Positions 1 to 10,182 are shown, counted from the first letter of the stretch. The stretch is DNA of 64,000 nucleotides from Candidatus Latescibacterota bacterium (GCA_965208835.1 OZ242358.1:928001-992000), one strand, 5' to 3'. The notes: a model not told the origin generated them from the sequence alone. Translations and numbers: made by a program.

Positions 1-3000
1 CTCGACGTTGGCAGAACGTGAAAGATCGTCCTCAACGACGTTCGCGGGCAACCGCCCGTTGCCCGCGTCGACGGTAACGGCATGCCGTTCGGAGCCGTTC
101 ACATAGAACGTGGCCTTGACCGCCGGTATCGTCACATTCCTGTCCTGCGGCCCGGTCACGAAGACGCGCAGCAACGCTTTCTCGCCTGCAAGCAGCGGCA
201 CGGGATCGCTCCACGACTGCACCGCCTGGGTCAGGTACACTGAGTGGCCGGCCAGGCACGGCGTAAGACGACGATTCGATATGCCGGCGAACCAATCGTC
301 GAAACGCGGTTCCGCAGGCAGGCACAGGCTCGTGTTTCCCGCCAGCAGGCGCTCGAGCTGGCCGAGCGCGGTGATGCCCGCGGGCACGGGGCCAGACAAC
401 CCGGGGTTCTCGGCGACGATCAGCGACTTGAGACCCGTCAGCCGCGAGTATTCTGGCGGAATCGGACCCGACAGCTCATTCGACCTCACGTCGAGCACCT
501 GCAGCTTGGTAGCGCGCCCCAGTCGCGGCGGCAGGGGTCCTGTGATCCGGTTGTCGGACAGATTCAAATGGATCAGGTTCTGCGCATTTGAGCCCAGGTC
601 CGGAGGAATCGGTCCTGTCAACTCGTTTTTCGACAGACTCATGTGCTCGAGACGTTCCAGGGTGCCAAAATGCGGCGGAATACGGCCGGACAACCGGTTG
701 TCGGAAGCATCCAGGTGACGCAGCGAACGACACTCTCCGAGTTCCCATGGAATCTCGCCTTCGAGCCGGTTGTTGGAGATGTTGAGAGATTCCAAGCGGG
801 GCAGCCCCCTGGCGAGGGCAGGCGGGATCGGACCCGATAAGCGGTTCACGTCCAAATGCAGATTCACAAGGTTTTCCAGATTGCCGAGCCCTTCGGGGAT
901 TGGGCCTCCGAGGCGATTTTGCGAGAGGATGAGCGATTGCAGTTGCAACAGATCCCCCAGAACCGGCGGAATCGGACCAGAGAGCTCATTACTCGAGAGG
1001 TCCAAAGACTCAAGTTTGCGGAGTCTGCCGAGTTCGACGGGAATCGCCCCGCCGAGTTGATTCACCGAAAGGTCGAGTACTCGCAGATCTTCCGAGGCGC
1101 CCAGTTCTAATGGAATCCGGTTGTGAAGCCGGTTGTTGCGGAGCTGAAGCGTCATTAGTGCGGACAACTGCCCGAGTTCCACAGGAACAGTGCCTGACAG
1201 GCGGTTATCGGCCAAGTGCAGCGCCACGACCCGTCCTGAGGCGTCGGTCTCCACGCCGTGCCAATCTCCCAGCGGCGCGTCGGTCAGCCAACCCTCACTT
1301 TTGGTCCAATTCCCGCCATCCGTGCTGCCGTAGACGGTCTCAAGGATCTCCCGGTCCGTGAGGGGGGGACACGGAACACCCGTTCCGGTAACGTGTGCAA
1401 TGCCGCTCAGCCACGACCGGTAGCCTGGATCGTCCGCCACGCACAGGGAGGTACCGCCGTATTCGAGGACTTCCATTGACGTATTGGCCAGCAACAGGGG
1501 CAATCTACCCCTCAGCGCGTTGTGCCCGATCCTGAGTTCGGTCAGGCTGGTGATCTGCCCGAGGACTTCCGGAAGCCGTCCCGACAGCCCGTTGCCGGTC
1601 AGGTCGAGGGCGGAGACCCTCCCGTCCGAACCGGTCGAGACGCCGTGCCATCGGTTCAGGTCCTCATCTCTCGGCCATCCGACGGAACGCGTCCAGCCGG
1701 GACCATTGGCGACTGCGTACAACGCTGCCAATGCACGCTTGTCGACCTCGTCGCAGAACAGGATATCCACCGGGTAATTGCCACGACCGCGGGCTTCCAC
1801 GTCCTGCAGCCATCTCTTGAACTCGGCCGTTGCCGGCAGGCATACGCCTTCAGTTCTTCGGCAACCCAGTGAGTTCAGCTTGTCCAATTTTAGAAAGCTG
1901 CGCGGTATAGAGCCGGTAAGCGGGTTCCCATCCAGGCTGAGGCGAGTCAGGTTGACGAGGTTGCCGAGCTCCGGCGGTACACGGCCCGTCAGGAGATTGG
2001 AGCCAAGCCCCAATGCCTCCAACTTCATGAGGTTGCCGAGCTCCGGCGGAATCGGCCCCGTCAACTCATTGATACCCAGAAACAGGATTCTAAGTTGCTT
2101 ACATTCGGCCAGCCGCGACGGAATTCGGCCCGTCAACTGATTGGTATGCAGCGACAGCCACCGCAACTCGTCGAGGTTCCCCAGTTCGGGCGGAATCGGC
2201 CCCGTTAGATTGTTAAGGGAGAGGGACAGACTCCGAAGGTTGGTGAGGCTGCCCAGTCGCGCCGGGATCGCACCGTCGAGCTCGTTCAAATATAAGCTCA
2301 GTTCCGTTAGCTCGGTGAGCTTGCCCAACTCCGGCGGTATGACGCCTTCCAATTGGTTGCGGTCGAGACGCAGAACTGTGAGCCTGGAAAGTCTGCCCAA
2401 TTCCGGCGGAATTTGACCCGTCAACTGATTGCCATACAGAAACAGGTTTTTCAGCGCGGCAAGGTTGCCCAGCTCCGGCGGTATTGTACCCTGCAGCAGG
2501 TTGCCACCGAGCGACAGGGACATCAAACTTGCAAGTCGGCCGAGTTCCGGTGGGATCGGCCCCGTCAGGCTGTTGTTAAAGAGGACGAGCCTCTCCAAGT
2601 TCGTGAGATCCCCTAGCTCAGGTGGCATCGGTCCCAGGAGGCCATTGCCGGGGAATTGTCCTCGTTCTTCGTCCCAGACGCCGCGCAAATCAAGCACGAT
2701 CACTCGCCCTGACGCGTCCGTTTCCACCCCGAACCAATCCCCAAGCGGCGCGCCGGTCAGCCAGTTGGTGTTGTCGATCCAGTTCGGTCCGTCGGTCGCA
2801 TTGTACAGCGCAACCAGCGCCGCGCGGTCCTCGCTGACCGAACCGCGAGGGCGGTCTTCGCAGTTGGTCCCGAATACCCCTGCAAAGGCCAGGAAATCTG
2901 ACAGATCAATGGCCCCGCTGCCGTTCAGGTCCAGACGCGTGTTGTAGTTGGCGTCTCCTGACCTGGCGCCGAAGCCGCCGGCAAAGGCCAGGAAGTCCGC

Positions 3001-3153
3001 GAGGTTGACCTTCCCGTCCCCATTGAAATCACCGGGACAGTTCGCGGACTGCGCAGACGCGGCAGGCGGTTTTATAACGCTGATGTCTCCGGTCCACGTT
3101 GCAACGACAAGAGCCAATGTCGCGAAAATGCCTATAACCAGAACGCTCCGCAT
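1..3153 (-). CDS. Secreted dockerin/EF-hand + plant-type LRR protein, paralog of 3195..7805; 3' end runs off the window
   Basis: Absent from the ORF track because there is no stop in the window. Read manually: ATG at 3153 after AGGAGG, MRSVLVIGIFATLALVVATW...CPGDFNGDGKVNLADFLAFAGGFG, then LRRs and the YLTQAVQSWSDPVPLLAGE block that precedes the peptidase domain in the paralog. The antisense shadow ORFs stay in one frame, so no frameshift is evident. Confidence 0.9.
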   Translation of the reverse strand, partial: MRSVLVIGIFATLALVVATWTGDISVIKPPAASAQSANCPGDFNGDGKVNLADFLAFAGGFGARSGDANYNTRLDLNGSGAIDLSDFLAFAGVFGTNCEDRPRGSVSEDRAALVALYNATDGPNWIDNTNWLTGAPLGDWFGVETDASGRVIVLDLRGVWDEERGQFPGNGLLGPMPPELGDLTNLERLVLFNNSLTGPIPPELGRLASLMSLSLGGNLLQGTIPPELGNLAALKNLFLYGNQLTGQIPPELGRLSRLTVLRLDRNQLEGVIPPELGKLTELTELSLYLNELDGAIPARLGSLTNLRSLSLSLNNLTGPIPPELGNLDELRWLSLHTNQLTGRIPSRLAECKQLRILFLGINELTGPIPPELGNLMKLEALGLGSNLLTGRVPPELGNLVNLTRLSLDGNPLTGSIPRSFLKLDKLNSLGCRRTEGVCLPATAEFKRWLQDVEARGRGNYPVDILFCDEVDKRALAALYAVANGPGWTRSVGWPRDEDLNRWHGVSTGSDGRVSALDLTGNGLSGRLPEVLGQITSLTELRIGHNALRGRLPLLLANTSMEVLEYGGTSLCVADDPGYRSWLSGIAHVTGTGVPCPPLTDREILETVYGSTDGGNWTKSEGWLTDAPLGDWHGVETDASGRVVALHLADNRLSGTVPVELGQLSALMTLQLRNNRLHNRIPLELGASEDLRVLDLSVNQLGGAIPVELGRLRKLESLDLSSNELSGPIPPVLGDLLQLQSLILSQNRLGGPIPEGLGNLENLVNLHLDVNRLSGPIPPALARGLPRLESLNISNNRLEGEIPWELGECRSLRHLDASDNRLSGRIPPHFGTLERLEHMSLSKNELTGPIPPDLGSNAQNLIHLNLSDNRITGPLPPRLGRATKLQVLDVRSNELSGPIPPEYSRLTGLKSLIVAENPGLSGPVPAGITALGQLERLLAGNTSLCLPAEPRFDDWFAGISNRRLTPCLAGHSVYLTQAVQSWSDPVPLLAGEKALLRVFVTGPQDRNVTIPAVKATFYVNGSERHAVTVDAGNGRLPANVVEDDLSRSANVE

Positions 3154-3194
3154 TTCTTCCTCCTATGACTCGTCACTGAAACATTGCTCACTCC

Positions 3195-6100
3195 TCACCG
3201 AAGATCTGGGATACCCCGGCTGAAGAGCACTTCCGTTCCAGGCTTGGCCGCGAAGGCGCCTTCCGCCGCCTGTGCCGCTTCCTCCGCGGTAAGGTCCGAC
3301 AGGAAGCCGCGTACCTGGCCCGATTTCAGATCGCGCAGGATGGCCATCGGACGGTCCGTGCTCCCGTCCAGCGTGGCTGAGCCACCGGGACCGGACAGTG
3401 TGATGCTCGCCAGGCTGCCGGCCCACTCGGGCTGCATAGGCAGGGTGAATACGAAGCTGGTTTCTTTGCCCTCGGCGTCTGCAGTGACCGGCATATCGAA
3501 CGCGTATGAGAAGACGGGCGTCCCATCAGCGGTCGCTCCCTCCACGGTATACTCCCCGCCTGCTGACGGCAGCGACGGCGAGGACTCAACGACGAAGGTG
3601 GGATCCAGATACGGGACCCCGTCCTTGTCCCGTCCGCCCCAAAGCAGGAGAGTTGGAACAGGATCGATCCGTGTTGCCAGTTTTGCCGCCGCGTCGACGC
3701 CCTCGACCAGACGGTGGCGGAGCGCCTTGTTGAAGTGGTAGTCGCTGATCCAGTAATCGCCACTCAGGCAGTACGACATGATTTCAGGCGTGCTTGGCAT
3801 CACAAGCGCCTTCTCCACCAAGTCGTATCCCCACGCTCCCGTATTTCCGAGTTCATAAGGAAACCAGGGGTCGACATCGTCCGGATTGCCACAGGGGGCG
3901 TGTTGTAGCCCGAGGTTGTGTCCGAGTTCGTGCGCCATGATCGAGGCATCAAGGATTGACACGCTGGTCGGCCGGCCCAAGTCCGCCACTCCCGGCGGGA
4001 GCACGTAGTACCAGTTAGAGCCACCGATCCTCGGCGGCGATTCCATTGCGCCCATCCAGTATCCCGTGCCACCCTCCATGAGGCGAATTGCATTGGTTTG
4101 TCCAAGCAGCCGGTGCGGGTCACGGAAGGACGTGGTAACAGGCTCGTGCGCCGCGACAGCCAACTCTGAAATCGGAAGCATCCGACGCATGTCGGCGAGC
4201 AACTCGTGACCGACGGGGTCCTCCGCCATCGCCCGGACGGACTCACCAATGGACAAGTCCGGTTCGGTCTCGTGGAGAAGCGGGACAAGCGTCAGGTGCA
4301 AGGGTGGGACGGCCCGCACGTCTGCAGCCATGCGGCCTTCCGCGGGAATCCGCTTCGTCACGCCGAGCGACGGATCCAGGGCACCTGCCGGGTCGACTTC
4401 GATCACCATCTCCATGCCGGGAGAGATGATCCTGGCTGGTATCTCGGCGTTGGCCGATAACGCTAGATCGCTCTCGGTCACTTTTATCGGAATGGAGCGG
4501 GAACCGGGGTCAATGCGTACAATGTGCCGCTCGGCGCCGTCCACATAGAAGGTGGCTCGTACGTCGGGCATTGTGACCGTGCCGCTACCGGGCGCTGTCA
4601 CGAAGACCCGCAGCAGTGCGGGCTCGCCAGCCAGCAGCGGAACGGGATCGTCCCAGGATTGTACGGTCTGGGTCAGATATACCGCGGCGCCCCCTTCGCA
4701 GCGGACCAGACGCCGTTCGGGTATGGCGCCGAACCATGCATCGAAACCGGCGTCCGCGGGCCGGCAAAGTCCCGTGCTTCCCGTCATCAACAGCTCCAGG
4801 CGTCCAAGCGCCGTGATGGCAGAAGGCAGCGGTCCCGTCAGATCAGGGTTGTCCGCGAGAACCAGCGATTTCAGCAGCGTGAGGTTGCCGAATTCAGGCG
4901 GTACCGGCCCGGAAAGGGAGTTGGACCGCAGATCGAGTTTCACCAGCTTGCCGGCGCGGCCCAGTTCGGCGGGCAACCGCCCGGTCAACCGGTTGTCACC
5001 GAGAACCAGTTCGGCGAGGTTCGCAAGTGCGCCCAGCCTGGAAGGAATCGGACCCGAGAGTTGGTTTTCGGCCAGATTCACCCAGGCCAGTTTGGCGACG
5101 CGGCCGATCTCCTCCGGAATTCCGCCGCTGAGTTGATTCGACTTGAGGGACAATCGCTCCAGCCGGTTAAGATTGCCAAATTCCGGCGGGATAGATCCCG
5201 AGAGTTGGTTATCGGCCAGATTCAATCTGGCCAGGTTGGAGAGACGGCCGATCTCCTCCGGAATTCCCCCGCTGAGTTGATTCGACTTGAGGGACAATCG
5301 CTCCAAACGGTTCAGAGACCCAATATTTGGCGGGATAGATCCCGAGAGTTGGTTATCGGCCAGACTCAGTATGACCAGGTTGGCAAGACGGCCGATCTCA
5401 TCCGGAATCCCGCCACTGAAGTGATTCCAACCGAGTTCGAGCTGCTCCAGACGGCCCAGCGCGCCAACCTTTTGCGGAATCGGGCCGGATAGGTTGTTCG
5501 AGGCCAGATCCAACACGCGCAACTCGGACAGCTGACCTATTTCCTGCGGAATCGCATCCGAAAGCTTATTGCCGTGCAGGTTCAGGTCTGTCAGTTTCGA
5601 CAACGCGCCGACTTCTGCCGGAATCGGCCCCGTTAGCGTGTTGTTGTTAAGTTTCAGTGAGCGTAGCTCGGAAAGCCGACCTATTTCCTGAGGGATCGCA
5701 TCCGAAAGCCGGTTGCTGCCGAGGCGAAGGTGGATCAGGGCAGACAACGCGCCGATTTCGGACGGAATCGACCCGGACAAACCGTTGTTCGCCAAGTTAA
5801 GTCCTATGACCCGTCCTTCTGCATCGGCTTCTACGCCGTGCCACTGCGCCAGCGGGGCATCGGTCATCCAGCGTGTACTCTCGCGCCAGTTCGGACCGTC
5901 CGTTCCACGGTACAACCACTCGAGCGCCTCGCGTTCGGTGAGTGGCGGACACTGCACGCCCGTTCCCCGGTGGCGTGGGATGCCGTTCAGCCACCGGCGG
6001 AAGCCGGCGTCGTCCGCCACGCAAAGGGCCGTCCCGGCGTAGTCGAACTGCTCCAACCGCAGGTCTGCAAGTGACAGGGGCACACGGCCGCTCAGCACGT

Positions 6101-7805
6101 TCCCCCCAATCCTCAATTCCGTCAGGCCAGCGAGCAGCCCCATCGCGTCCGGAAGGTGGCCCGTCAGCCCGTTGTCCGTCAGATCGATTCCAGAGACTCG
6201 TCCGTTCGAATCGGTCGTCACGCCGTGCCACCGGTCAAAATCATCGTCTTCGAGCCAGCCGTCGGAACGCGTCCACCGCTCGCCGATGGTGGCTGCGTAA
6301 AGGCGTTTCAGGGCCTGTACATCGATTTCATTGCACCACGGGATATCCACGGCGCGTTGGACTCCGCCACGGGCCTCCACCTGCCGCGCCCATGCCCTGA
6401 ACGCGTCCGTGGCCGGCATGCATACGCCGCGAGTCTGTCGGCAGCCGAGGGTGATTAGACTGTTCAGTCCGGCAATGGTGTGGGGAAGTGAACCCGACAG
6501 TTGACTACCGCTAATCGTAAGTTCCACCAATCGGCGAAGATTCCCGAGTTCCGGCGGAACCGGGCCAGTCAATCGATTGCCGCCCAAGTCAAGCCGCTCC
6601 AACCGAACCAGGTTTCCGAGCTCCGGTGGGACCGGGCCGGTCAGTTGATTCCGACCCAGGTCCAGGCGATGCAACTCGGCAAGGTTGCCCAACTCGGGCG
6701 GGATCGGGCCCGTGAGTTGACTGCCACCCAGCGTCAGGACTTGCAACCCGGCAAGGCTCCCCAGCCAAGTCGGGATCCGGCCCGTTAGCGTATTGCCGTG
6801 GAGATCCAAACTGGTTAGTTGCTTTCGGTCGGCCAACCAGGGCGGAATCGGGCCCGTCAGCTCGTTGTTGCGCAGCGAAAGGACATTCAGCTCGGAAAGG
6901 CTGCCCAGTTCGGACGGAATCGGGCCCGTCAACTCGTTGCTGTCGAGGTCCAGTATTTCCAACTCGGCAAGGTTGCCCAGTTCGGACGGAATCGGCCCTG
7001 TCAGGTTGTTCCATCTTAAATCCAGATCCCTAAGTTTCGTGAGGCGGCCCAGTTCGGAAGGGATCTGACGCCTTAACTGGTTGTGGCCTAGGTCCAGACG
7101 TTGCAACTCGGTAAGGTTACCCATTTCCGACGGAATTGGCCCCGTGAGTCGATTGTACAGGAGGCTAAGCCGCCTGAGGTTCCTGAGATTCCCGAGTTCC
7201 GCGGGTATCCAGCCCGTGAGGTCGTTGTTTGTGATGAAGAGCGACTCCAGTCTGTCCAGTTTGCCCAGTTGCGGCGGAATGGGTCCTTGCAGGCCATGGG
7301 GCACCCACCGTTGCTTTTCTTCACTAAAGGTTCCGGAAAAATACACCCCCACAACCCGCCCTGAAGCGTCCGTCTCCACCCCATACCATTCCCCCAGCGG
7401 CGCATCGGTCAGCCAGTTGGTGTTGTCAATCCAGTTCGGTCCGTCGGTCGCATTGTACAACGCCACCAGCGCCGCGCGGTCGCCGCTGACCGAACCGCGA
7501 GGGCGGTCCTCGCACGAGGTCCCGAATACGCCAGCGAACGCCAGAAAATCCGACAGATCGATCGCGCCGCTACCGTCCAGATCCAAACGCGAGTTGAAAT
7601 TGGCATCCCCCGACCTTGCGCCAAAACCGCCGGCAAAGGCGAGGAAGTCCGCGAGGTTCACCTTCCCGTCCCCGTTGAAGTCGCCGGGGCACGTCGCGGA
7701 CTGCGCAGACACGGATTGCGGCTTTATTACGCCGATATCAACTGTCCACGTCGCGGCGACAACGGCCAATGTCGCGAAAATGCATATAACCAGGATCCTT
7801 CCCAT
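3195..7805 (-). CDS. Secreted dockerin/EF-hand + LRR blocks + C-terminal metzincin (M66-like) zinc metallopeptidase
   Basis: Signal peptide; DFNGDGKVNLADF EF-hand pair; three ALxxLYxATxGxxW cap motifs; 24-aa LxxLxLxxNxLSGxIP repeats; HELGHNLGLQH zinc motif with a downstream IMSY Met-turn. ATG 7805 has a GGAG RBS (track starts at 7817). Confidence 0.9.
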   Translation of the reverse strand: MGRILVICIFATLAVVAATWTVDIGVIKPQSVSAQSATCPGDFNGDGKVNLADFLAFAGGFGARSGDANFNSRLDLDGSGAIDLSDFLAFAGVFGTSCEDRPRGSVSGDRAALVALYNATDGPNWIDNTNWLTDAPLGEWYGVETDASGRVVGVYFSGTFSEEKQRWVPHGLQGPIPPQLGKLDRLESLFITNNDLTGWIPAELGNLRNLRRLSLLYNRLTGPIPSEMGNLTELQRLDLGHNQLRRQIPSELGRLTKLRDLDLRWNNLTGPIPSELGNLAELEILDLDSNELTGPIPSELGSLSELNVLSLRNNELTGPIPPWLADRKQLTSLDLHGNTLTGRIPTWLGSLAGLQVLTLGGSQLTGPIPPELGNLAELHRLDLGRNQLTGPVPPELGNLVRLERLDLGGNRLTGPVPPELGNLRRLVELTISGSQLSGSLPHTIAGLNSLITLGCRQTRGVCMPATDAFRAWARQVEARGGVQRAVDIPWCNEIDVQALKRLYAATIGERWTRSDGWLEDDDFDRWHGVTTDSNGRVSGIDLTDNGLTGHLPDAMGLLAGLTELRIGGNVLSGRVPLSLADLRLEQFDYAGTALCVADDAGFRRWLNGIPRHRGTGVQCPPLTEREALEWLYRGTDGPNWRESTRWMTDAPLAQWHGVEADAEGRVIGLNLANNGLSGSIPSEIGALSALIHLRLGSNRLSDAIPQEIGRLSELRSLKLNNNTLTGPIPAEVGALSKLTDLNLHGNKLSDAIPQEIGQLSELRVLDLASNNLSGPIPQKVGALGRLEQLELGWNHFSGGIPDEIGRLANLVILSLADNQLSGSIPPNIGSLNRLERLSLKSNQLSGGIPEEIGRLSNLARLNLADNQLSGSIPPEFGNLNRLERLSLKSNQLSGGIPEEIGRVAKLAWVNLAENQLSGPIPSRLGALANLAELVLGDNRLTGRLPAELGRAGKLVKLDLRSNSLSGPVPPEFGNLTLLKSLVLADNPDLTGPLPSAITALGRLELLMTGSTGLCRPADAGFDAWFGAIPERRLVRCEGGAAVYLTQTVQSWDDPVPLLAGEPALLRVFVTAPGSGTVTMPDVRATFYVDGAERHIVRIDPGSRSIPIKVTESDLALSANAEIPARIISPGMEMVIEVDPAGALDPSLGVTKRIPAEGRMAADVRAVPPLHLTLVPLLHETEPDLSIGESVRAMAEDPVGHELLADMRRMLPISELAVAAHEPVTTSFRDPHRLLGQTNAIRLMEGGTGYWMGAMESPPRIGGSNWYYVLPPGVADLGRPTSVSILDASIMAHELGHNLGLQHAPCGNPDDVDPWFPYELGNTGAWGYDLVEKALVMPSTPEIMSYCLSGDYWISDYHFNKALRHRLVEGVDAAAKLATRIDPVPTLLLWGGRDKDGVPYLDPTFVVESSPSLPSAGGEYTVEGATADGTPVFSYAFDMPVTADAEGKETSFVFTLPMQPEWAGSLASITLSGPGGSATLDGSTDRPMAILRDLKSGQVRGFLSDLTAEEAAQAAEGAFAAKPGTEVLFSRGIPDLR

Positions 7806-8399
7806 GGCAGTCTCCAATTGCTCGTTAACGGTACGTTGACTTGAGAGAGCGCTGACGTCCGAGCGAGCGCCCGCTACGAATTGAGTAGCCGCCGGATGTA
7901 TTGGCGGGAGCAGTAAAGAGTTGACATCTATTTCGCCGGCCCTTCGACTGGCTCAGGGACCGGCTCAGATTGAATTCGTACGATGAAAGCGTTTCGAGGA
8001 CAGCGGTTTCACGAGCGGTCGTCCGTCGAAGGGACACGCGACAGCGCCGTAGTTGGATTGATCCGATGTAGGGCGTACTGGGGTGTATACCTTCGCGAAT
8101 CTCGAAGGTGCGGATCGACGGACGATGCGAAGAATGGGAATAGAAAGGAGTGCGGCTTGTTAACGGAGGATAGTCAATCGACCAAGCCGGTGATTCATGA
8201 TTGCCCGACGGGGATGCCAGGCTGAAGGCTGTCTCTGGCGGTGGAATCCTGAATCGCAATAATGGCCCGCTGCTGCTTTGGTCGGTGGCGTCCCGTGACG
8301 ACATTCTGGCTCGAATCTTCGGACGATATCGCTTGAGGATTATTCTGCGACGCTATGGGAAACGAATGTGTTGCAATTTGCGTCAGTACGGATGACATG

Positions 8400-8464
8400 A
8401 TAGCGATTTTTTCTTGGATTATCACTGAAATATTGACCAATTTCGATGATTTATTGGTGAATTA
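8400..8464. promoter_or_regulatory. Phased 11-bp direct-repeat operator array, copy A
   Basis: ATAGCGATTTT TTCTTGGATTA TCACTGAAATA TTGACCAATT TCGATGATTTA TTGGTGAATTA; aligns with copies B, C and D. Confidence 0.65.
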
Positions 8465-8698
8465 TCGTGTTTTTCGCCAGACGAGAGACGGATTTGCAGC
8501 AGCGATTCGAAATACATCTGGTTGATTTCGATAACGATCAGGGAGTCAGCGGGGAACCGACGCCAGGGGATGGAAGGGCGGTTGTGCTGCCTGAAGGGCT
8601 GTGTGAATGACAGACGCGCACGTACATTTGTAGGATGCAGGTGGCCGTTGTGCTGCCTCTAAGGTATCGCCAGATGCACATCTCTCGGGGATGATCCA

Positions 8699-8897
8699 AT
8701 GCTGCAGTAGATCCTTCGTCGGCCCTGGGGGCCTCCTCAGGATGACAGTGGGGGACACGGGGGCCTAATCGAGGAAGGGTGTGCGAGAGGGGGCGGAGGT
8801 GCTGCGTCTCAGGTATCGACACGTGCAAGTCGTGGAGAGATCATCTCATGCTGCAGTAGATCCTTCGTCGGCCTGGAGGCCTCCTCAGGATGACAGT
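8699..8897. repeat. Two copies of a ~50-bp REP-like imperfect palindrome
   Basis: ATGCTGCAGTAGATCCTTCGTCGGCC-n-GGCCTCCTCAGGATGACAGT at 8699-8749 and 8848-8897. Confidence 0.75.
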
Positions 8898-8993
8898 ATT
8901 GGCGACGAGGCGCAATCGAGGCGGGCAGACAGGAATGTCCGCCCCACCTTCACGATACGTCGCACTGGGTCTGCGTCATACTACAATGCGCCC

Positions 8994-9926
8994 TTACGAC
9001 CCGCTGGATTTCCCGAAATTCGCGGCGAACGTCAGAAAGTCCTGGAAATCCACGTCGCCGTCACCGTCGAGGTCTCCTAGCAGACCACTTTGTCCCGGTG
9101 TGCTTTCCGTTGTCATTTCAGAAGTCCAACGGACACTGCCGTCTTCCGCCAGGGTTTCCGCGGCGCCGTTTCCGTTGTCATCCACAAACGCTCTGAACTT
9201 CCCTGCCGAAATCGCCAGCGTGCCGTTGCCGTCGGGATCCGCGCTGAGCGTTCCGATCGGCAGACCTGACTCACTGAGGGTAAACAGGAAGCCGTTGCCG
9301 TTTGCATCGGCGCCCAGGGCGGAAGCGGGGTTCCCGTTCCCGTTAAAAACCGTCATCGCCGCATCTCCGGATTCGCCGAAGAAAAACCCGGCAACAGCCC
9401 CCGACCCGCCGCTGACGTTCAGAAATCCATTGCCCTGGTCCGTTTCGTCTGCGCCCAGGACCGCGACGACCCGATCAGTCGAGTTCAGGACGCTAAACAA
9501 GCCACCTCCGGAATCGCCTGAGCCGGCCAGTACACGGTACTTTCCCTTACTATCGCGGATGGCCAGCACGCCGTCCCCTGCCTCGTCGAAACCCAGGAAC
9601 GCGACAACGTTACCCGCTTCATTTACAATCTGCAACCTGCCGATCTTCAGGACTTCGTCAGCAGCCAGGGCCGTTTTGCTCAACCCGCCGTCCCCGGACT
9701 CAGGGGAGAATGTCCACTTCGAAACGACGTCCGCCGAAGCCCTGTCCGGGAATGACCCCGGAACCGGTACCAATGCGGGTCCTAACTCTTTTAACCATTT
9801 CGACGCAGTACTCAATGCAGGTGAAGTACTGAATAGAAACAAAAGGAGCAAGCCGATGATCGCGCGTTTCTGCCAATGCAATCGACGTTCCAGATTATCC
9901 ATTCTCCGTACGTCTGCCCGGTACAC
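8994..9926 (-). CDS. Secreted/membrane-anchored Gly-rich beta-repeat protein with C-terminal dockerin/EF-hand tag
   Basis: GTG start after AAGGAGG; hydrophobic N-terminal segment; repeated G-x-L-x(n)-N-x-x-G units; C-terminal GDLDGDGDVDFQDFLTFAANFG. Confidence 0.8.
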   Translation of the reverse strand: MYRADVRRMDNLERRLHWQKRAIIGLLLLFLFSTSPALSTASKWLKELGPALVPVPGSFPDRASADVVSKWTFSPESGDGGLSKTALAADEVLKIGRLQIVNEAGNVVAFLGFDEAGDGVLAIRDSKGKYRVLAGSGDSGGGLFSVLNSTDRVVAVLGADETDQGNGFLNVSGGSGAVAGFFFGESGDAAMTVFNGNGNPASALGADANGNGFLFTLSESGLPIGTLSADPDGNGTLAISAGKFRAFVDDNGNGAAETLAEDGSVRWTSEMTTESTPGQSGLLGDLDGDGDVDFQDFLTFAANFGKSSGS

Positions 9927-10117
9927 AACTGTACCTCCTTACGGTTATGTTGTTTACGTGCATCTTCAATAACGAACTCGAGAGTTCTCTCGCGCTTCGG
10001 AAGTCTTCGTCGCTGCGCGTTGATGCTGTTTCTTTCGAACTGACGATGCCACGTGGCGATGTCACACGCTTGCATGGTTGCGGTCTAAAAGGGTATCGTC
10101 CAATCAGCATGACTACA

Positions 10118-10182
10118 ATAAGGAATTTTGGTTGGGATAGTTCTGAAATTTCGGTATATTTCGATGATTTATTGATGAATAT
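10118..10182. promoter_or_regulatory. Phased 11-bp direct-repeat operator array, copy B (divergent promoter region)
   Basis: ATAAGGAATTT TGGTTGGGATA GTTCTGAAATT TCGGTATATT TCGATGATTTA TTGATGAATAT, between the divergent genes starting at 9926 and 10306. Confidence 0.7.

Noticed and set aside
8560-8900. Possible CRISPR array
   Set aside because: Only two ~50-bp copies, the flanking sequences are themselves similar, and there are no cas genes.
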